A stretch of DNA of 64,000 nt from contig OZ244653.1 in assembly GCA_965218795.1 (NCBI GenBank), positions 4,096,001-4,160,000 of the forward strand, given 5' to 3'. The notes beneath the pieces were generated by a model. That model ran no database searches, was not told the origin of the DNA, and worked only from the letters and a program-made list of their open reading frames with translations. The translations under genes and the position numbers were made by a program. Positions 58,484-64,000 of the stretch are shown here, piece after piece. Numbering within the stretch: position 1 is the first letter of the stretch; each line of letters starts with the position of its first letter. The stretch is from a bacterium (GTDB lineage Bacteria > UBA8248 > JACPRG01 > G963555815).

Positions 58484-58785
58484 TGCCCTCCGGGCGTGAG
58501 GACCCGAAACCGGGTATTCGCCTCGATGCTTTCCTGAAGAACGCCGGAATCCTCAAGCGGCGATCCATGGCCCGGACCTATTGTGAATCCGGGGCCGTAT
58601 CGGTCAACGGCCGGAGCGCAAGATCGGGAAAGCAGGTGCACGCCGGCGACCGTGTTCGACTCGACACCTGGAACCGCCGCCTCGAACTTCTCGTCCGGTT
58701 CATCCCCCGGAAGGGGGGCAAGCAGAATCAAGAGTGCTGTCAAATTCTGCAGGATGAGAGAAAGCCGCAAGAGGAACCTCGCTGA
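58480..58785 (+). CDS. S4-domain RNA-binding protein (Hsp15/RqcP-like)
   Basis: RLDAFL....ILKRRS.A...C..G.V.VNG. Confidence 0.85.
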   Translation: MMPSGREDPKPGIRLDAFLKNAGILKRRSMARTYCESGAVSVNGRSARSGKQVHAGDRVRLDTWNRRLELLVRFIPRKGGKQNQECCQILQDERKPQEEPR

Positions 58786-58840
58786 GTGAGCGAATTCCGT
58801 CCGTCCCGAATCTCACGCATCCGCCGGGCGATGATTTTCA

Positions 58841-60322
58841 TTGACAACAGACGGGATGCCTGACGCCGTGAGCCTCTGCGGGCGAAGCCTCATCACCATT
58901 GACGATGTTTCCAATGCGGAAATTGAAGCGGTGCTCGACGCGGCGTCGGAGATGGATGCCGGTCTCCGGAAGCAAAGCGGCCGCCTGTCCGGTTCCATCC
59001 TGGCCAGCCTCTTTTTCGAACCCAGCACCCGTACCCGCCTCTCTTTCGAGACGGCCATGCTGCGCTTGGGGGGAAGGGTCGTCACCGCCACCGATGTGGA
59101 GGCTTCCTCCATCGCCAAGGGGGAGAGCCTGGCGGATACGGCCCGCGTCGTAAGCCAGTTCACAGACCTCCTCGTGGTCCGGCACCCTTGGGAAGGCTCG
59201 GCTCGGCTGATGGCCGCTTACAGCGCCGTCCCCGTCGTGAACGCCGGCGACGGCGGTCACGAGCACCCCACGCAAACCCTCCTCGACCTGTATACGCTCC
59301 GGAAGGAGAAGGGCCGCCTTTCGGGCCTCAACGTTGCCCTGTGCGGTGACCTCAAGAACGGCCGGACCATCCATTCCCTGGCGTACGCCTTGGCACGGTT
59401 CGGTTCCAACATCCTTTGCATGCCGGGGGAGGGGTTGGGACTGCCCGATTACGTGACCGACAAGCTCCAGAACGATTACGCCTGCTCGCCGGATGTCGCT
59501 CACCTCAGCCGAATCTCCAAACGCCGCCAGATCCAGTCGACCCTGGCGGATGCGGACGTCGTCGTCCTCACGCCCCACAAACCGCACCAGCTCTCGCTTT
59601 TTACCCAGGTGGCGGAGGACCTTCCCGAGATCGTGACGAACATCGACGCCATCTACGTCACCCGGGCTCAGAAGGAGCGGGTCCAGGCGGGTGCGCCGGC
59701 GCGCAGGGTGGAGAATGCCGCCGAACTCGAAACCGGCCCGGGTGAGAAGGCCGCGGCTCGGTATCCCGTGGTCGACCGATCCTTTCTGGAAGGACGGGCC
59801 TTCCGGGAGACCGTTGTGATGCACCCGTTGCCCCGGGTCGATGAGTTGTCCTATGAGGTGGATGAAGACCCGCGAAGCCGGTATTTCGAGCAGGCGGCGC
59901 GGGGTGTGCCCGTCCGCATGGCGCTGATCGGCTTTTTATTGGGCGCATGTCCGGAGCCGGTCGCCTCCGCCGGCCCGCCGAAGCCGGAAAGGAGCGCCCT
60001 CTGGCGCTACCGAAGCGCCGTCGGCGTCCGCTGCCCGAATGAAAACTGCGTCTCCCAGCGCGAAGGTCACTACGTGGTCCCGGAGTTCGATGTCATCGAG
60101 ATTTCCCCGCCGAGTCTTCAATGCGTTTACTGTAACCGCGATACCCGCCCCGCTTATGCCGGAAACCCCCGGTCGCGGCGCTACCGCCCCTTTGAACGAA
60201 TCGGCAGGACGAAGGTCGGGGAAGGCTGGGTGTTTTTCGCCTCGCGCGATGAGGCCGAGGAGACCGGCTATCGTCCCTCTTCGAGCTTGGGCGCCCTTCG
60301 GGAGCGCGCCGTGGAAGGCTGA
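58841..60322 (+). CDS. pyrB: Aspartate carbamoyltransferase with a fused PyrI-type Zn domain and a degenerate Ada-like domain
   Basis: FFEPSTRTRLSFE, KGESL.DT, NAGDG.HEHPTQ, TRAQKER, MHPLPR; C-terminal CPNENC...CVYC. Confidence 0.92.
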   Translation: MTTDGMPDAVSLCGRSLITIDDVSNAEIEAVLDAASEMDAGLRKQSGRLSGSILASLFFEPSTRTRLSFETAMLRLGGRVVTATDVEASSIAKGESLADTARVVSQFTDLLVVRHPWEGSARLMAAYSAVPVVNAGDGGHEHPTQTLLDLYTLRKEKGRLSGLNVALCGDLKNGRTIHSLAYALARFGSNILCMPGEGLGLPDYVTDKLQNDYACSPDVAHLSRISKRRQIQSTLADADVVVLTPHKPHQLSLFTQVAEDLPEIVTNIDAIYVTRAQKERVQAGAPARRVENAAELETGPGEKAAARYPVVDRSFLEGRAFRETVVMHPLPRVDELSYEVDEDPRSRYFEQAARGVPVRMALIGFLLGACPEPVASAGPPKPERSALWRYRSAVGVRCPNENCVSQREGHYVVPEFDVIEISPPSLQCVYCNRDTRPAYAGNPRSRRYRPFERIGRTKVGEGWVFFASRDEAEETGYRPSSSLGALRERAVEG

Positions 60323-60335
60323 CAGGGTCGGTCCG

Positions 60336-60842
60336 GTGCGCGGCTGGAAATTCCCCTTGGCCCGTTGGGCGATTTGGAACTTCTGCGCCTCCGGCGTTCT
60401 GTCCCTCCTCCTGATCCGACCCGGTCTCGGAGGTCCGACGTCGAATCCGACGTCGGGACCGAGGCTCCTTGCGGGCACGCCCGCGACCCGGGTCGGCCTC
60501 TCCGCCGAGGAAGCCTTCCGCCTTCGCCGCTCGGGCGTTTTCCTGACGGCCGAAGGTGAGGTCATCCGAGTTCTGAAGGACGATCGCCGGGGGATCCTGC
60601 ACCAGCGTTTTATCATTCGCCTGAACACGGGACACACCCTGCTTGTGGTTCACAATATCTCCGCGGCGCCCCGGGTCCCCGTCCGCCTGGGCGACAGGCT
60701 TCAGGTCCGGGGCGAGTATCGGTGGAACGACAAGGGCGGCCTGCTCCACTTCACCCATCGCGCCGTCGGAAGGACCCGCAGCAGACCCAACGTCGGGCTC
60801 GGCGGCTGGATCAGAACGAGCGACGGCAGCATCTATCGATAA
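60336..60842 (+). CDS. DUF3465-like exported protein
   Basis: L.DD..G..HQRFI, HNI..APR, GEY.W...GG..HFTH, GW; start uncertain. Confidence 0.75.
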   Translation: MRGWKFPLARWAIWNFCASGVLSLLLIRPGLGGPTSNPTSGPRLLAGTPATRVGLSAEEAFRLRRSGVFLTAEGEVIRVLKDDRRGILHQRFIIRLNTGHTLLVVHNISAAPRVPVRLGDRLQVRGEYRWNDKGGLLHFTHRAVGRTRSRPNVGLGGWIRTSDGSIYR

Positions 60843-60858
60843 GTACCTCAGTGTCCCC

Positions 60859-61095
60859 CCATCCCCCCCTTCTTCTTCCGCCAAGTCATCTTTCAGGATC
60901 GAATATTGAGCCTTATAATACGAAAGCCAATCGAAATTCAAATCCCAACTGAGAGAGGAAATAGAAAACTTCTGGAGGGGCATTTTGAAAATTGCCCCTC
61001 CAGACCTCCCCCAAAAACTTTCATCTCGCGATGGAGGACCACCCATGTTCATGGGCAATCCTCCATCGCAACAGCTTTCCTCATGGTTTATGTTC
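60859..61095. repeat. Structured ~237-bp element, copy 1
   Basis: Direct repeat of 61265-61500, roughly 90% identical by eye; contains two hairpins. Confidence 0.9.
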
Positions 61096-61264
61096 GGCGT
61101 CTGTGGATCCCTTCCAAAGCCAAAAGCCAAATAAAAAGTCCAAGCTATTCCTTGAAAATTTGGCTTTGTTTGGTCCTTTTTTTAATGTTTCGGCCCTCAT
61201 TGGAACGCGGATTCACTCCCCCATTGAATATCAGTCACGCGCATTCCAACCCATCTCGATTCCA

Positions 61265-61500
61265 CCATCCCCCCCTTTTTCTTCCGCCAAGCCGTCTTTG
61301 AGGATCGAATATTGGCCCTTATTAAACGAAAGTCAATCGAAATTCAAATCCCAACTGAGAGAGGAAATAGAAAACTTCTGGAGGGACATTTTGAAAATTG
61401 TCCCTCCAGACCTCCCCCAAAAACTTTCATCTCGCGATGGAGGACCGCCCATGTTCATGGGCAATCCTCCATCGCAACAGCTTTCCCCATGTTCATGTTC
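61265..61500. repeat. Structured ~237-bp element, copy 2
   Basis: Direct repeat of 60859-61095. Confidence 0.9.
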
Positions 61501-61647
61501 CACGCCGGCAGCCCCGTGGTCAGCGGACCCGTCCACACCACGGTCAGGCCGGGCGAATGCTTGGCCGGGCAGGGCGGCCATTGAAGGGCGGGTTCGAACG
61601 TAGGGGTCTTCTTGCAATTCCGGTTTCGATGGGCCTTCGGCCCCGCC

Positions 61648-61751
61648 TGGATTCCTGTTGCAGCCTGCCCTCGAATGTCTTAGTCGAGGGCAGGAATGAC
61701 AGGCTGTCGTGCGCGGGCCTCGTTCGTCATTCCTGCGCAAGCAGGAATCCA
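61648..61751. repeat. REP doublet (BIME/REPIN-like), left copy with an extra hairpin inserted
   Basis: TGGATTCCTG...GCAGGAATGAC, 25-bp spacer, GTCATTCCTGCGCAAGCAGGAATCCA. Confidence 0.85.
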
Positions 61752-61815
61752 CTTCCCATCCCTCCTAATCAAGTATGGTGTCCCCGGAATCTTTCCCTCG
61801 TCGATATCGGGATCA

Positions 61816-62130
61816 TTACGCGGCCCTTTCTCGGCCTCTGCGAAGCGTTCGCCGCTGATCCGCAGTGCAAGATGGATAGCAGGTGACCACCGTGCCGCCT
61901 TCCACGACGACCTTGAGGTTCTTTTTCTGCAGGCGCTCAAACTGTTGGATCCTGTGCTTCAGAGCGGCAATCTCGCGGTCCGCGTCGGCGCGCGTCATGA
62001 GCCAGGCGTCGGGAGCGATCTGAGTCCCGAAGAGCAGGATCAGCCCGATGTCCTCTCGTCGGACCCCCCGCTGGCTCATGCGGGTCTCGGCGTGGCGGGT
62101 GAGGATGAGAGTGAAATTCGACTCAGGCAT
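61816..62130 (-). CDS. DUF4258-like protein (putative toxin/RNase fold)
   Basis: LTRHAETRMSQRGV...I..IL.FG and C-terminal VVV.GG.VVTCY; overlaps the upstream gene by 8 bp. Confidence 0.75.
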   Translation of the reverse strand: MPESNFTLILTRHAETRMSQRGVRREDIGLILLFGTQIAPDAWLMTRADADREIAALKHRIQQFERLQKKNLKVVVEGGTVVTCYPSCTADQRRTLRRGRERAA

Positions 62131-63064
62131 CTTCAGTTCCTCCTTCGCTTGGCGACTCTTTGGTTATTAAGAAGGATGAAATATCTATTGAAGCCCATTC
62201 GGCCCAGTCGTCGTCCGGGACTTGCGCTTCCAGCCATTTCACGCGCTCGGAGACGACGCGTTCGTCTTCTTCGTCTTCGCCGCGAAGTTGCTTCGGGATT
62301 TGGCCGAGGCGAACGTACCCGCAGGAAAGAGCGTAGTCGGCGCGAGAGGACCCGCCCGTAAGGTTTTTCAGGAATGCTTTGAAAAGGCTGAAACTGGGTA
62401 AATCGTCGAAATTGCCGAGGTTACAGATGTCTTCATGATTGATCGCGTCATTGTCGGGACCCAAACCCTTCGCCAGTTGGATAAGGAAGTCGGAGAAGGG
62501 GTTTCGGCCTTGATAAGAGGAATTCCACTCGTCATTTTCGAGGCGACAGAATAGGTCGCGCTCAGCGATAGATTTTTCATCGTCGCTGTACGACCATGCA
62601 CACCCAGTAAGATGTTCAGGGAGGGCTTGGTTGAAGGCATCCAAAGCCTTCTCCGCTTCTTCGAGACAGCGGCGCCGGTCAGCGAGGCTCATCTCAGCTA
62701 ACAGGGTAAAAAGCATCGGCGCCGCATCGATGATCTGCCTCATGTCAACGCCGTAGCGGTCCGACACCAAATCGTAGGCGAGAATCGTTTCGCCATAGAA
62801 GGGAAGCCTGACCATTCGCAAGCCGTGCTTTCGCAGGTCTGCCTCCCGCACCGCTTCGGATTCGGGCTCCTGGGCCAGAACCTGGGGCTCGACATCCAAG
62901 GCGGAGGCGATCTCCTTCACCGTGGATCCGCGCGGTTCTCCTCCTTTTCCTCCTTCGATGCGGGCAACCGTCTTCTTGTCGATGCGCGCTTTATCCGCCA
63001 GTCCCTGCTGGCTCAATCCATTCCTCTTGCGCAGCTTTCGCAGCGTTTCCGGCAATATCTTCAT
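62123..63064 (-). CDS. XRE-family HTH protein with a large uncharacterised C-terminal domain
   Basis: LRKLRKRNGLSQQGLADKARIDKKTVARIEGG; GGAGG RBS before the ATG at 63064. Confidence 0.85.
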   Translation of the reverse strand: MKILPETLRKLRKRNGLSQQGLADKARIDKKTVARIEGGKGGEPRGSTVKEIASALDVEPQVLAQEPESEAVREADLRKHGLRMVRLPFYGETILAYDLVSDRYGVDMRQIIDAAPMLFTLLAEMSLADRRRCLEEAEKALDAFNQALPEHLTGCAWSYSDDEKSIAERDLFCRLENDEWNSSYQGRNPFSDFLIQLAKGLGPDNDAINHEDICNLGNFDDLPSFSLFKAFLKNLTGGSSRADYALSCGYVRLGQIPKQLRGEDEEDERVVSERVKWLEAQVPDDDWAEWASIDISSFLITKESPSEGGTEDA

Positions 63065-63132
63065 TGTGATAACCTCCATGATGAAATAAATATGCACCCA
63101 TTTTTTAGAACCATAAAGGACAATTTCAGTGT

Positions 63133-63159
63133 AAAATACTCAAGATATCGGAGTATTTT
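63133..63159. promoter_or_regulatory. Palindromic operator candidate for the XRE gene
   Basis: AAAATACTC-N9-GAGTATTTT, a perfect 9-bp inverted repeat in AT-rich upstream DNA. Confidence 0.5.
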
Positions 63160-63381
63160 TATCATTATCGGTGATACAATGTCCCTAAAATGGGTATTTT
63201 CAGGGCGGAGTCTGGCTGATACCGTTAAAAAAACGCGCTATTATTGCGACCGGAGATGACTGCTGGATTCAGGTTTGCACGGATTCCCGCATCGATTATC
63301 GAGGCTGAACCGGCGGCGCTTCAGTGACGATTTTTGCAGACGCTCACGGAAGTTGCGACTTTTCCTTTCATCTCTCCTTTC

Positions 63382-63459
63382 TGGATTCCTGCTTGCGCAG
63401 GAATGACAGGCTGTTGTACGCGGGGCCTCGTTCGTCATTCCCGCGCAAGCGGGAATCCA
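63382..63459. repeat. REP doublet (BIME/REPIN-like), right copy
   Basis: TGGATTCCTGCTTGCGCAGGAATGAC, 26-bp spacer, GTCATTCCCGCGCAAGCGGGAATCCA. Confidence 0.88.
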
Positions 63460-63651
63460 CTCCCCCCTTCTGATCCAACTCCGCCTGAATGCGGGGGCCT
63501 GAAATCAGGCGACAACCAGCCGGATGAACCGTCCGTGCTACAATAATGGGTCCCGCATGGATTCTTTATCGGGCCTGTCCTGAACATCTCGGGAGAGGGC
63601 GGTTCTGCGGACCCACCGGGGGAATCCGCATTTTCCACTGATCGGCGGCTT

Positions 63652-63900
63652 TTGATGCGCTTTCTTCTCTATCTCGCCATTGCCTACGTACTCTGGGTCG
63701 CCTTGAGCGCCATTCTCAAGGCCGTCGCCGCGGGGCGGTCCAGGGCCAAAAAACTTTCGGGTGAAGACCTCGTTCCCTGCGCAAATTGCAGGACGTACGT
63801 TCCTCGTTCCACCGCTGTCCGACGCAAGGGCCGGGATTTTTGCGGGGTGGATTGCGCCTCCAGGTTCAAGGCTGAATCGGCTGGGTCTGGACAGGGTTGA
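63652..63900 (+). CDS. Small membrane-anchored Zn-finger protein (PP0621-like)
   Basis: N-terminal TM helix; LVPCANCRTYVP...FCGVDC. Confidence 0.7.
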   Translation: MMRFLLYLAIAYVLWVALSAILKAVAAGRSRAKKLSGEDLVPCANCRTYVPRSTAVRRKGRDFCGVDCASRFKAESAGSGQG

Positions 63901-64000
63901 AGGGGAATTCTATATAGGGTGAAAACGTTTCCTGTTTTGAGCGGAGCTTGATCGTTCCTTCGTGTTGGAAGCTCGATAGGGCCGGCAGGCGATGGGGGAT

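Noticed and set aside
61586-61646. tRNA-like GGTTCGAA motif
   Set aside because: No cloverleaf or acceptor stem can be built

Overview
GC-rich, gene-dense chromosomal window from a diderm bacterium (TonB, BtuB, SurA and RodZ present); the lineage cannot be fixed from sequence alone. All protein calls come from motifs recognised by eye; no database search was run. Most of the window is housekeeping: hflKC, msrP with a two-component pair, acpS, epmA, panE, folE2-folP-folC, purH, acs, ispB, maf, aroF, a DinG/YoaA helicase, rodZ, aroE, mfd, surA and pyrB. Highlights: (1) a leftward B12 uptake/salvage locus (32.1-40.6 kb) with three cobalamin riboswitches, two apparently internal to the transcript. 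It is headed by an unannotated HutX/ChuX-like gene and also carries a DUF71-type amide ligase and a TonB with twelve 21-aa repeats. (2) A Phe/Tyr-rich 17-codon leader peptide with attenuator-like hairpins upstream of aroF, absent from the ORF track. (3) An unidentified structured RNA candidate at 46.75-47.04 kb. (4) A duplicated ~237-bp structured element with a compensatory base-pair change. (5) An XRE + DUF4258 cassette bracketed by REP-doublet direct repeats. (6) Unusual enzyme architectures: EpmA with an OB-fold, PyrB fused to PyrI-Zn and Ada-like domains, and an amidohydrolase lacking its beta-metal ligands. (7) A collapsed ilvC pseudogene. No rRNA, tRNA, CRISPR array, integrase or transposase was recognised.
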